DNA of 64,000 nt from contig OZ024745.1 of NCBI GenBank assembly GCA_964016885.1, positions 88,908,001 through 88,972,000 on the forward strand, written 5' to 3'. This document shows positions 22,826 through 35,214 of the stretch, one piece after another. A program made the translations under genes and the position numbers. The notes beneath the pieces are model-generated. The model did not search any database. It had not been told where the DNA came from and worked only from the letters and a program-made list of their open reading frames with translations. The stretch's first letter is position 1, and every line of letters starts with the position of its first letter. The DNA comes from Eledone cirrhosa (lineage: Eukaryota).

Positions 22826-24865
22826 GAGTGAAGATTAACATGGTCAACAGTACAACATTGGTTTTATTTACAATATTAACAATTGTTTCATTGATTAAGT
22901 TGTCTAAAAATTGCTAATCACTTGAAGTTGTGTCACTCAATTTTAAATACAATGTATGCTTAACCAAATCATCAGAAACTGATTAAAATTATACATGGCG
23001 CTTGTAATATACTAGGGAAATTCAACTTACAACATCAGTAATAAAGAAAAAGACAAGAAGAAAAAGATAGAGTGAAAAAGAAAGAAGAAAAAAGAAAAAG
23101 AAAAAGAAATAGAAAAAGAAATAGAAAAAGAAAAAATTAATAAATAAATAATTGTTTCTACTTTTGGCACAAGGCCAGCAATTATCCCAGTGCATTACTG
23201 GTACTTTATTTTATTGACCCCGTAAGGATGAAAGGCAAATTAACCTCGGCCCGATTAGAACTCAGAATGACAAGGGCCGTAACTCTATGATTCAAAGGAT
23301 GGTGTCCGATCCAATACCGATACTGCCAATCCACAAATAATAATAAATAAGTTATAATGAAGATGATAAAAAATAAATAAAAAATGTATATGTGTGCGAA
23401 GAAAGGTGAACATAGTATGATTGTTGAAAATAGTTTTGGTGTTGGTAGTTAAAATATAAAGATGTGATGGTATAAACATGAAAATATTAAATAAATACAT
23501 ATATGTATTGGTTAAATTAATAAATTAATAAATTGGAAGTTATGTTAGAAGTGAAGAGAATTCGATATAATGTAACAGGTGAAATATATTTAGGGAAAGA
23601 GAGTGAAAGAGAGAAAAGTTAGGAGGTTATGATGTTGATTCATTGATTAGTTGATTTATTGACAGTTAATAATAATAATAACATCGCAACCACACACACG
23701 TCAGAACGTATCACAACACAACATCAACAAACCCAAATCTCAGTCCATACATAACAACATACAAAACCGCATCTTTGAACCGGCACACAGGAAAGCTTCA
23801 AAATGTAACTGTCACTTACCGGATAAGTACCCACTACAAAATAGATGCCTGTGTACTATAAATTCAGGCAACTTAGCATGGCATTACATAGGTTCTACGG
23901 CAGGGAGTTCAAAAAAAGATGTTACGTCCACAGACTCTCTATAAAGAACCGTAAACGAATGAAATGTGGCAGCTTAAAGATACAAACCAAGAATACTGGA
24001 TTAGTTGGTCGAAATTGTCAGGGGCAAAGGCTTACGAAAATGGAATGTCCCACTGCCTACTTGCAATATGGAGTTGCTCCATATTTTAATATATAACAAA
24101 AAATGCTACTTAACAGCAAAATTGAACGGTCAATTTTCTGTAGGCATAAATCAGCTACTAAAGTTGCTAATTTCAAACCAACTTGATTCGACCCAACAAT
24201 TCCATAATTCAAATTGTAACACCTGAGTCTATTACAATAACCCATTATTATTATTATTAACTGTCAATAAATCAACTAATCAATGTATCAACATCACAGC
24301 CTCCTAACTTTTCTCTCTTTCACTTTCTTTCCCTAGATATATTTCACCTCTTACATTATATCCTATCGTATTCTCTTCACTTCTAACATAACTTTCAATT
24401 TATTAATTTATTAATTTACCCAATATATTCAATATTTTCATGTTTATACCTTCACATCTTTGTATTTTAACTACCAACACCAAAACTATTTTCAACAATC
24501 ATACTATGTTCACCTTTCTTCGCACACATACATTTTTTTAATTTATTTTTTATCATCTTCATTATAACTTTATTATTTTTTCTTTTTTCTTTTACTATTT
24601 CTTTTTCTTTATATTTTTTGTTTCTTTCTTTTTCACTCTATCTTTCTTTTTTTGTCTTTTTCTTTCTTTATTACTGATGTTGTAATTTGAATTTCCCTAG
24701 TATATTACAAACGCCGTGTATAATTTTAATCAGTTTCTGATGATTTGATTAAGCATACATTGTATTTAAAATTGAGTGACAGATCTTCAAGTAAATAGCA
24801 ATTTTTAGACAAGTGTATCAAATAAAACCCTTTTTGTACTGTTGACCATGTTATTTTTCACTCTT
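22826..24865 (+). mobile_element. Fold-back PLE remnant with decayed GIY-YIG spacer (arms ~22826-23680 / 24245-24865)
   Basis: Spacer encodes KCNCHLPDKYPLQNRC, YIGST and FCRHK. Arms are reverse complementary. A hammerhead-like motif with long loop II lies on minus at 22873-22980. Confidence 0.8.
23151..23330 (-). mobile_element. SINE (same family as 3230-3416) inserted in the left arm only
   Basis: Minus strand ttctgagttctaatcgggccgaggtt...gcctttcatccttacggggtcaataaa...agtaccagt...gctggccttgtgccaaaagtagaaac; absent from the right arm. Confidence 0.75.
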
Positions 24866-24908
<43 letters not shown>

Positions 24909-25516
24909 TCTTTTTCACCCTAATGCGAAATTTATTTACTAATAGTAGAATTAGAATCACATCTCTATATTCTATACAAATATTTCTTATTAATTCCCTC
25001 GTACACAAATATATGGTGGAGTCAATACAATAAAGTATTGTTAAATGATTAAAAACGTACTAATTAGAAGATATTAAACAATGGATATATTGTGGCTGAA
25101 AATGAAGTTTATTTACACCAGCTTATTTTAAAGTAAAATGTATTGCGTGGTCAGGAAACGTATCAATGTATATTTGTAAAACTGGAAATAGATTTTTTAT
25201 ACGTGTGAATTTGTGAACAAAGGAACGCTTAGAATAAACGTTAAACAATTACTTAATGTATTTGTTAATACATATATTAAGTGTGCAAGATTAATGAACA
25301 GCGGCTATCTAATATGGCATGCAGTAAGTTACATAAAAATACCTTAAATCAAGAAGAAATGTGTATATACGATTAGAGTTCAGTTAAATTATTGTCTGCT
25401 ACAAAGGAATGTAAAAACTATATGTGCGGAAAACCTTAAGCTAATTCAATAATTGAACGAACTTAACAGTATTTTATGTCATGGATTCCAGCAATGATTA
25501 GATAATTATACAGATT

Positions 25517-25551
25517 ATAGGTGATAATAGACATAGAACTGTTGTATAGGA

Positions 25552-25611
<60 letters not shown>

Positions 25612-25650
25612 TTTTTCCTATACAACAGTTCTATGTCTATTATCACCTAT
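25517..25650. repeat. Perfect 40-bp inverted repeat around a (TA)n core
   Basis: ataggtgataatagacatagaactgttgtataggaaaaat / atttttcctatacaacagttctatgtctattatcacctat. Confidence 0.9.
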
Positions 25651-25758
25651 ATATATATACATATATAAAAGCAAAAGGGATATTTAATTTGCTGGTAATT
25701 CAACAAATATATATGTTTATAACTTATGCGAAACACTCGACAGGTTTTCTGGAGTATA

Positions 25759-26097
25759 ATATCAATGATATTAAATAAATGGAAACTATCTTTATAAAAC
25801 CATATTTATTTTGTTATATATATTTCAAGGATACCAAAACATTGGTTCGCACTCATCAGATAAAATGCAAATTTTGTTTTATAAATATTGACATATCCAG
25901 GAAGAAGATCTTAACGGTTCAAGTTTTTCCTGGATAGTTTATCTAGGAAAAATTTTCTTCCTGGATATGTCAATATTTATGAAAAAAAAATTTGTCTTTT
26001 ATCTGATGAGAGCGTACCAAAGTTTTGGTACCCTTGAAATATATATAATAGAATAAATGTGGTTTTATAAAGATAGTTTCCATTTATTTAATATCAT

Positions 26098-26103
<6 letters not shown>
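25759..26103. repeat. Non-coding fold-back (~150-bp arms) with a degenerate hammerhead; related to 12240-12400
   Basis: Arms ~25759-25907 / 25954-26103. Plus strand CTGATGA gagcgtaccaa-agtt-ttggtaccctt GAAA tatata at ~26003-26046. Confidence 0.75.
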
Positions 26104-26142
<39 letters not shown>

Positions 26143-26684
26143 TTGATCAGACACACACTGTATTTAAGGTCGAGGGACACAATTTCTAGTGATTACGGCC
26201 TTTAGACTCACCTTTTCAATGAAACAATTGTTATTACTGTAAGTAAAACCCGAGCATCTTATTCTTCACTCTTTCACTATATATATGTGTGTGTGTGTGT
26301 GTGTTTGTGTGTGTGTTTGAATTTCGTATTTCTAAAGAAATACGGTATGTTTATATATAAACATTTAGAAAGCGGTAGCTATGCCAAAACGCTGGCAGTT
26401 AACGCCACCCAACAGTGTCCATCAGTTCGTGGATGAATTTCGAACTGAACTGATTCTTGTCAAGACGATCTTACCCACTCATGCAACTGCTTGACTTTGA
26501 AAACAGGCGAGATATAGTTTTCTCGTCTGTGTTATCGAGGTGATTAATCTCATTTGCATTTGAGGAAATAAGTACATGTTCAACCTCAGTTTTTTATCTA
26601 TATTTTTAGATACAAACATTGAAGAGAACCCAACCATGACACTACGTAGAAAGAAATAAGTGCATACGCTTAGGTGTAAATGCG

Positions 26685-26780
<96 letters not shown>

Positions 26781-26977
26781 CGGAAACAGATAACACAGTT
26801 ACACACACAGAAACACACATATACGCACACAGACAAACACTCACCCACCCATCCAACACACACACATCCACACAAATAATCAGTCAATCGGGTATTATTG
26901 ACGTTTATATGAAAAATAAAACTGATGAAGACCATCATGGAAGTGAAGCGATAAAACTAATGATTCGAATGTTGATA

Positions 26978-27126
26978 TACTACTACTACTATTACTACTG
27001 CTGCTACTACTACTACTACTACTACTACTACTAAATACTACTACTAGTACTACTAGTACTACTACTGCTACTGCTGCTGATACTGCTACTACTACTACTA
27101 CTACTACTACCACTACTACTACTACT
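26978..27126. repeat. (TAC)n microsatellite
   Basis: Direct reading. Confidence 0.9.
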
Positions 27127-27149
27127 CGTATACCATATCAAATGCCCAC

Positions 27150-30100
27150 TAGAACAACCCTCAACACCAGGAACATGTTTTCTAGGTGTTCCCGTCTTCC
27201 CTCTCTTTATCTTTCTCAACCTACAGGTTTATGTACAGAGAAGGCCCATTCACTAGGGCCATTTTCTCCACATTCACCCAATTTTCAGCTAATTTACTGG
27301 GGTGTAGCACCTGTCTCTCTCCCTTCTAAACCTTCCTTCTGAAGTGGTACTTAAAGAAGGGGATGAGTTGTTGTCCGGAGAGAAAGGTGCTTGCCCTCAG
27401 TCCTTTTAACCTCGTCCACCATATTACCTCTTTCGCCATAGCCACCAGACAGAGGAAAACCGCCTCTCCTTCATTCTTAAATGAAGGCGGCATGGTGCTC
27501 CTCACGATGGACTCGGCTGACAACTGGATGCGTTCCACACGTGACAGTAGCTGTTCGACATAATTCCACAGGTCGGTCACCCCTGGGCACTGAACAATTA
27601 CATGAAGAACGGTTTCGATGTGCTGCTCGCATCTTGGACAGGTCCTTTTGGCAGGATCTCTGCCAGGGCATCCATGCCTGTAGATTTTGTCTCTGCCAGG
27701 GCATCCATGCCTGTAGATTTTGTCTCTGCCAGGGCATCCATGCCTGTAGATTTTGTCTCGAACTGGTAGAGCTCGTCGGTAGCACTGTCAGGCCAGAAAC
27801 CTCTGGAAGTTATTCATAGGCCCTAGACGGAAAGTCCTCCCAAAGAGACTGGTCAGTTCGTCTTCCTCGATGCCTAGAGATTCCCCGAGAACGTCGTCAC
27901 ATTTATCCTCCACTAATCTCCTATAGAATGTCGAAGTGGAGTATCCGCTGATTACCCTTTCAGCTTGGTGAGCGCCTGAAGGCACTCGAGGTGCCAGGCG
28001 CTCATTTTCGGTCTTCGCGGGGACAAGGCACGACTGTCAAGCGGTAGTAGATGACGGAGGCTATGTAAGTGTTCGACACTTCCACTCGACCTTTCAAGGA
28101 GAGTTTGCACTCAGCCCACTTCTGGGATGAGTGCAAACACATTCGCCGTGACCTCGTTCCAGTTCTTGTCCACCTGGAGGTCTGGACCAAACCAGCCCCC
28201 GAGCAATTTCACCGGTCCTTCCGTCCAGTGTCCAACTACACTGTCGGAAGGCATGAGTTTTCCTCTCCATGCGCCGAGTTGCAAACCGACAAACTTATTT
28301 GGGTATAGTCTTGCTCCTGTCAACGTTTCGTATTCTTGTAATAGGTTGCCAATTACCCCGATGTCCGAAGTTTTCGACACCATTACGGTTATGTCGTCGG
28401 CGTAGGCCGACGATGCTTTCCGCAGTCCTGGTTCGATCAGGATGCACTGCAACAGCTCCAACTTCCGCAGTACATACAGAATGGAGGAGAGAGGGCACCC
28501 CTGACGGATGTAACGCATGATTTGGAATGGCTCCGATAGGTAGCCATTCACCTTGACTGCCGAGCAGATACTGGTGTGCGTGGCAGCGATCCAGCCTCTG
28601 AAGACGGGACTGAAGCCGACAGGCTTGAGAACCGCATCCAAGTATTGATGGTCGAAACTATCAAATGCCTTAGACTGATCTAAATTGATCAGAGCTCCTA
28701 CCCTCTATATGATGTATCGCATGAGGTGGAAGTTGTCGTATATGGATCTGGTCGGGATTGCACACGTTTGCGCTTCCCCTACCAGCTTCTCGACGACAAG
28801 CGCCAGCCTCGCTGCTAACACCTTGGCCAAAATCTTTAACTCTGTGTTGAGCAGAGTTATGGGCCTGAAATTGCTTACTTCATCCCCCTTGTTCTCATCT
28901 TTCCTGATCAGCGTTACTACGCCTCTGCCTACAGAACTGAGAATACTCCCGTTCTGCTGCCAGTTGCAGTAGACCGTTTCAAGGACGCCAGAGAACAAGT
29001 CTGGCATGCCTATGTAAAACTCATAGGGTAGACCATCTAAACGGCGTGATTTGCGTTTCCCACAGTGGCCTAGGGCATCTTCTATTTCGCCCGCTGTGAT
29101 CGGCCTTTCGCAGCTCTCCGCATCCGTGCTCGAGAGTCATGGTACGCCGTCGAGGTAGGAGCTGAAGTCCATCACCCCCTAGATGTATCGCTTTGCCCGA
29201 ACATCTGCTTGGATGCAAGTAGAATGCGTCTATCTTTTTCTGGCAAGGACCGAATTGTGGATTTGTTGCCACTTTAAACCTCTGTCACTCGGGCGCAGAT
29301 AACAACTTTGGCTCCCTCATTTCTTAGAGTACGTGTTCTACTTCTGACAATACAACCTTCGTGTTTCTCGTTGAAGAACTGGTCTAGTACCGTTCTGGCC
29401 GCTAGCACGTCAGCTGTACTGCCATTCCTAAGTGCCTCTTCTACTTTAGCTACCAGTTCCTTTTCTGTTTTGCTTTTTTCTAAAGCGGCTTCCTTGCTAA
29501 ATGCTATCGATTCTATTCTAATTGCTCTCTTGAGAGAGCTCAACCACCTGTTGTTGACGATCGTCCCGTCAACTGGGACTTAACTAAGGCCACTTACTGT
29601 AGGCCTTACGCGCCGGAAGAGACATGTTTAACTTCCAATATCCGGGTCCCTGCTTGTGTTCTATCAAGGTTGACTACGCAGGTGACTAATTTGTGGTCTG
29701 AATAGGCAACCATGTGAATTTGTGGACACCTTAATGTTTCCTTATCTTTCTGTCTAATTAAAAATCTATCTAAATACGATCTAGAAGACCAAGTGCGGTT
29801 GCTCCACGTCCACAATGGTACACTTGGGAAGTCTAGTCGATATCTATCAGCCAGTTGGAATTGGCTGATGAGATTTTTGAGGCTATTACACACCCCTCTA
29901 TTATCACAAGCTCCTACATAGTCCCAACGTGCATCGAAGATGCCATTCCAGTCCCCCGCTAACACTAAGGAGCGAGACGTTCCCAGGAATTGCTCCAGAC
30001 GCTTGAAGAACTCCAGTCGCGATGTCCCAGTCGGGGCATAAACGGCCACCAGTCTGAAAGCTCCACCTTCACTACCATTAACATCCAGGACCACCAAGCT

Positions 30101-31990
30101 GCCCTCCAGTTCCAAGTGAATCATTTCTGCTTTGAGATCCAAGATTTTTCGAAACAGAAAAGCAACCCCCACCCCAGCTCCTGGCTGACAGAGAGATGCG
30201 TAGATCTCAAAGCCATCGAACATGGGGGTTAACTGCTGCTTGTCGTGATTCCTGGACTCGGTGATGGCTACAACATCTATACAATGTGACCTGAGATCAT
30301 TTAAAAGCTGCCCCTGTTTCCAGGGAATGCCCAGGCCACGTACATTCAAACATCCAACTTGTATAGTCGCCATGTTGGTGAAGAATACTTAGGGAGGGAA
30401 AAGTCAGAAACACTTACCTTTTCGTTTCCTGGAGGTCGGGTTGTTCGATCTCCATGTCCAGATTGGGGATGTTTGGGGAGGGGGGGAATCCTTTTAGCAG
30501 GACACGGTTAAGGTGTTTTTAGCAAGGGGGGGGGGGGAGCATATTATGTGGGAAGGTCCCTTTCAATGTTTCATGTTGTAGAGGTTGTTACCCTGATCAG
30601 TTTGAAGTTTGGGGGTGGGTCGTTGGTGGGGAAGGTTTTCCATTCCGTTTGGATAATAGGGTCCTTTCGGACAGTTTCTACCAATTCTTTGTTTGTTGTG
30701 TTTATGTATGTGTAATGTGTTTTGTTTTTTATGTGTGCTGTTTCTGTTTGTAGTTTTCTTTTTGTGGTTGGGGTTTGTGATTGTGGTGGTGTGGGTGTTT
30801 GTTTTGTTGGTGAAGTGTTTGGTGGTGATTGTGTTGTTGGTGTGTTTGTCGTTTGTGGTGGTGTGTTTATGGTGGGGTTTGGTGTTGCGTGTTTTCTGTA
30901 GATGTTTTTGTTTATGTGTTGTTGTTTTTTTGTCTCTTTTTTGTGTTTTGGATTTTGGGGATTCCTCTTCATTCTCACTTGGAGATGTAGAGGTTCCCGT
31001 GTCTGAGACTTCTGAATCAGGGGTAGATGGGAGGGGTATGTTGTGTGGTGAAGTATTTGTGCAGGTGTTTGTGAAAGTATTTGACAGAGAGGGAGGAGGC
31101 AATGGAGGGTTTTTCAGTGGGATATTGTGTGTGTGGTTGTCTCTGGTCTGTGGTGGTGTGGGAGTGGATGTTGCAGGTTTTTGTATTGTGTTTGGTTTAG
31201 GGTGTTGATGTTGGGGTTTTGATGTTGGTAATAACACCTTGTTTGTCCTCACTTATGGCACTTTTCCCCTCCACTAAAATGGAGATGACATCTTCCTCAC
31301 GGACGATCCTGTCCCAGATTTTCTCAACTCTCTCTGGCCTCATTTGTGCCAGAACCTCGATGCAGGTTCCAAACCACTTATTCCGGTCTGTCCTGTCTAC
31401 AGATAGGAGGATGTCCCCTTCCTTCTTCAGGATGCAGCGTAGGATCCACCATATATTGACCTCTGCTGGGATCCTGGTTATTTTTAATTTGTAGGATCTT
31501 CTTCCCATTTGTGTGGGGAAGATAATGTGTTGATCCGTTTATATTGAGTGAACCGAATGTTTTTGAGCCAGAGTTTCGCTCTTAAAGAACACTGATACAT
31601 TTCCATACTGTTTAGCTCTTTGGAGGTATGCCACGTCTGGCTTGATATCTTTTAGTGCAGCTTCAATAGTGCTTGTTGGCAGTATTATGGGTTTTTTTGT
31701 AATGATGTCAACTCTTCTATAGATTAATTTATTTTTCTGTGTCATCTCTCTTACTTGTGGAGGTATGTGTATGTGTGGGGTGTCTCCCTCAAACGTCACA
31801 TAGTTGGAAGCTTCTTCCAAATATTGGGACTTTTGGGAAATGTCCATAATGTAATATTTAAAATCCTGTTGCTTAGCAACGGTTGCTGCAAATGAAATTT
31901 TGTTATTGTTGTTGTTGGTGATGATGGTCTCATTCGTTGTGTTGTCGCTGATTCCTTTTGTTGTATTGTTGTTGTTCTAATTTATTGTGT
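27150..31990 (-). mobile_element. Tx1/L1-clade non-LTR retrotransposon, decayed (ORF1 ~31900-30450; ORF2 from 30373)
   Basis: APE endonuclease MATIQVGCLNVRGL...VAVYAP...LAGDWN...SYLDRF...SDHKLV. RT motifs NFRPITLLNTELKILAKVLA, RQGCPLS, AYADD. Many frameshifts. Confidence 0.9.
27657..27760. repeat. Three 33-bp tandem copies in the LINE ORF2 C-terminus
   Basis: tctctgccagggcatccatgcctgtagattttg x3; the paralogous LINE has a single copy at ~39915-39950. Confidence 0.9.
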
Positions 31991-32036
31991 TGTTGTTGTT
32001 GTTGCTTGTGGTGGTGTTTGTATTTGCTACACATTC

Positions 32037-32205
32037 TTCGTCGCACATCTGCAACATCATCAGTGGTACTATTATATTACCTCCTATTGTATTGTAATGT
32101 CTATATATATATATATAGAGAGAGAGAGACATTACAATACAATAGGAGGTAACATAATAGTACCACTGATGATGTTGCAGATGTGCGACGAAAGAACTTT
32201 GATAG
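32037..32205 (+). ncRNA. Short fold-back (66-bp arms) with hammerhead 32162-32201
   Basis: ca CTGATGA t gttgca-gatg-tgcgac GAAA gaac TT tg; same architecture as 11767-11811. Confidence 0.6.
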
Positions 32206-33414
32206 AATATATATATATATTTATATCTGTAATTTATAATATACATATATATATATATTCTGAGTATATGTTGGTTGTTTACCGACACCTCAGTATGCAG
32301 ATTGGAGCACACGACGATGTACGCAGGTTCGTTTGTTTTCTCTTGTAAAATATAGTAATTAAGTCAAATATTTAAAATCTGGCCTCGTTTATTAAAGATG
32401 TACTGCTATATATATTTCGGTGCCAGTCATTATTGGCTGTGACCTCTTCAGGCAGTCCGAATTGGTGTGGTAGAGACAGGTACACATGTTGTTAAAGTGT
32501 TTTACTCCGTCAATACTCCGATATGTCCAGCTCCTGGTTGGGTTGTTATTTCTCTGAGGAACTGGAATCATATGAATTCGAACAAACGAATTCCGGCATC
32601 ATAGGACACTCTCTCCTCCCATTGGTCAGTTGTGAGAACATTTCTCAGTCAAAAGTCTATAGAAATTTTTTTCTGAAGCAAGACAATCTGTTGTGTTTGT
32701 TTTTGTTAAGTACAGCTGACCTCCTCCCTTGTGTTTATTGGCGTTAGGGGGTTAGCTGGCAGGTCAGCCTTAGTTCTACTGCTGCTGTCTTTAGAAGAAT
32801 GAGTGCGTGTGGGTTGGCTTCAACCCTACCACCCTTTCACGTGGTGTGGGGTGCCAAACAGATAATGAAATAGGATAAAGTAAAATGAAGAAATATAATA
32901 TGAAAAAAATAAAATAAAATAACAAAATTATAAAATAATAAGATAAGATGCAATAAAATGAAGAAGTAAAAAATAAATAAATAAATAAATAAAATAGAAT
33001 AAAATGCGTGTTTGTTATAGCCAATATCAAATATCAAAGAAGAATAAAGTGCGTGTGTGTTATAGCCAGTATTAAAGTTTGAAAGATTTTGAAAATATTG
33101 ACTGAAGTTGAAATGCTATGTGTCAGAATCGGGAAATGCAAAGGATTACGATCTTTACACTATCATGAAGTGGTGCGTTTTAAGAGCAAATGAGGCAAGA
33201 GTGGAGTGCAAAACACAATAACCTGAGTGTCAAAATCCGGAAGTGCCGAGGACCAGTTTTTAATTCGGCATAGAGTACGTATGCGTGTATGTCAACCCAC
33301 ATGGTTGCAGCGAACACGCACAAAGACGGGCTCAGGTGCATCCCATAATCACACACACAAATTATACAAACACACACACACCCATATATATATATGTATA
33401 TATATACACGCGCG

Positions 33415-33493
<79 letters not shown>

Positions 33494-34952
33494 TTATATA
33501 TATATATATATATGTATGTAAGTATCAGTGCATGTACTCTTAAATGGCTTGAGGAAGGTCCCGGCCCTGAGGTGTCTACATGTCCCGAAGAAGTCAGTCC
33601 TGAGGTTTATCAGGCTGCTTCCACCGCTGAGTATCTCTTGGGTCTCGCTCAGACATAGTTTGCAGATGCCAGATCCCCCTTTATCAGGTGGTATTCTCCT
33701 GATTTTGGACCAGGCCAGAGAGTACGGGGTCCTGTCCAGCTTGAACTTCCAGAGCAGTTCGCAAAGAGCCATATTTTTCCTTTTGTCCTCCCTACTAAAG
33801 GATTGGCTATGGTTATACCATCCGTCCTTAAAGCTCGTTCATGTGGCTCCCATGTAAATGTGTTCAGAGTTGGGGCTTTTCACTCTACATCCGTATATTA
33901 AGTTCTTCCTTAGGCATTCATTACTAAGGGGCATAATGCTGGATTTCTGCAGTTGCAGGAGGTGGACGACCTCCGCGTGCCTAATGTGGGGTTCCCGTTC
34001 CGTATTATATGGTGGTCCTCCCCCGGGCCCGGTGGCGCGTCCCTAGGTCTGTTTGGGTTACTGGGTCCACCCTCTTTCCCTCCACATGGTTCTGCCGGGT
34101 GCCTATATTGCCAGCTTCCGGTTGTGTGTGGTTTTTAAGTCTACCCCCGTTGATGCTAGCTATGTGCTGGGCCAATTTCGCGGGGTAGAATATGAGAGCT
34201 TTACAGTGTGTCTGTTGAAGAACTTGCGGTATCTATGGTCCTTCGGGAAGCATTTATCTAGTGCTCTAAAGAATGAGCGAGCCATGCTGTTCTTGAGGGC
34301 CGCTGAGTATGGTGGTTTGTACCACGTGATTTTTCTGTGTCTACTCCTATGTGGGTGGGTTGAGCGTGTCGTGGGCTGTTGATATTTGATATTGGCTATA
34401 ACAAACACGCATTTTATTCTATTTTATTTATCTATTTTTTTTTACTTCTTCATTTTATTGTATCTTATCTTATTATTTTATTATTTTTTTATTTTATTTT
34501 ATTTTTTTATATTTTATTTCTTCATTTTACTTTATCTTATTTCATTATCTGTTTGGCACCCCACACCACGTGAAATGGTGGGAAGATTGATGCCAACCCA
34601 CACACACTCATTCTTCTAAAGACAGCAGCAGTAGACCTAAGGCTGACCTGCCAGCTAACCCCCTAACGCCAATAAACACAAGGGAGGAGGTCAGCTGTAC
34701 TTAACAAAAACAACCACAACAGATTGTCTTGCCCCAGAAAAAGATTTCTATAGACTTTTGACTGAGGAATGTTCTCACAGATGACCAATAGGAGGAGAGA
34801 GTGTCCTATGATGCCGAAATTAGTTTGTTCGATTTCATATGAGAAATAACAACAGAGAAATAACAACCCAACCAGGAGCTGGACATATCGGAGTATTGAC
34901 GGAGTAAAACACTTTAACAACATGTGTACCTGTCTCTACCACACCAATTCGG

Positions 34953-35007
34953 ACTGCCTGAAGAGGTCACAGCCAATGATGACTGTCACCGAAATATATA
35001 TAGCAGT
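34953..35007 (+). ncRNA. Type I hammerhead (copies: 32402-32456 minus, ~39089-39143 plus)
   Basis: actgc CTGAAGA ggtcacagcca-atga-tgactgtcacc GAAA tatata TA gcagt. Confidence 0.75.
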
Positions 35008-35214
35008 ACATCTTTAATAAACGAAGCCAGATTTTAAATATTTGACTTAATTACTTTATTTTACATTACTCCCGAGAAACCAAACGAACCTGCGTACTTC
35101 GTCGACTGCTCCAATCTGCATACTGAGGTGTCTATAAACAACAAACATATACTCAGAATTTATCTAGATCCACCACGTGTTGAGTGCTTCAAACAGTAGC
35201 GCACTTAAGTCACT

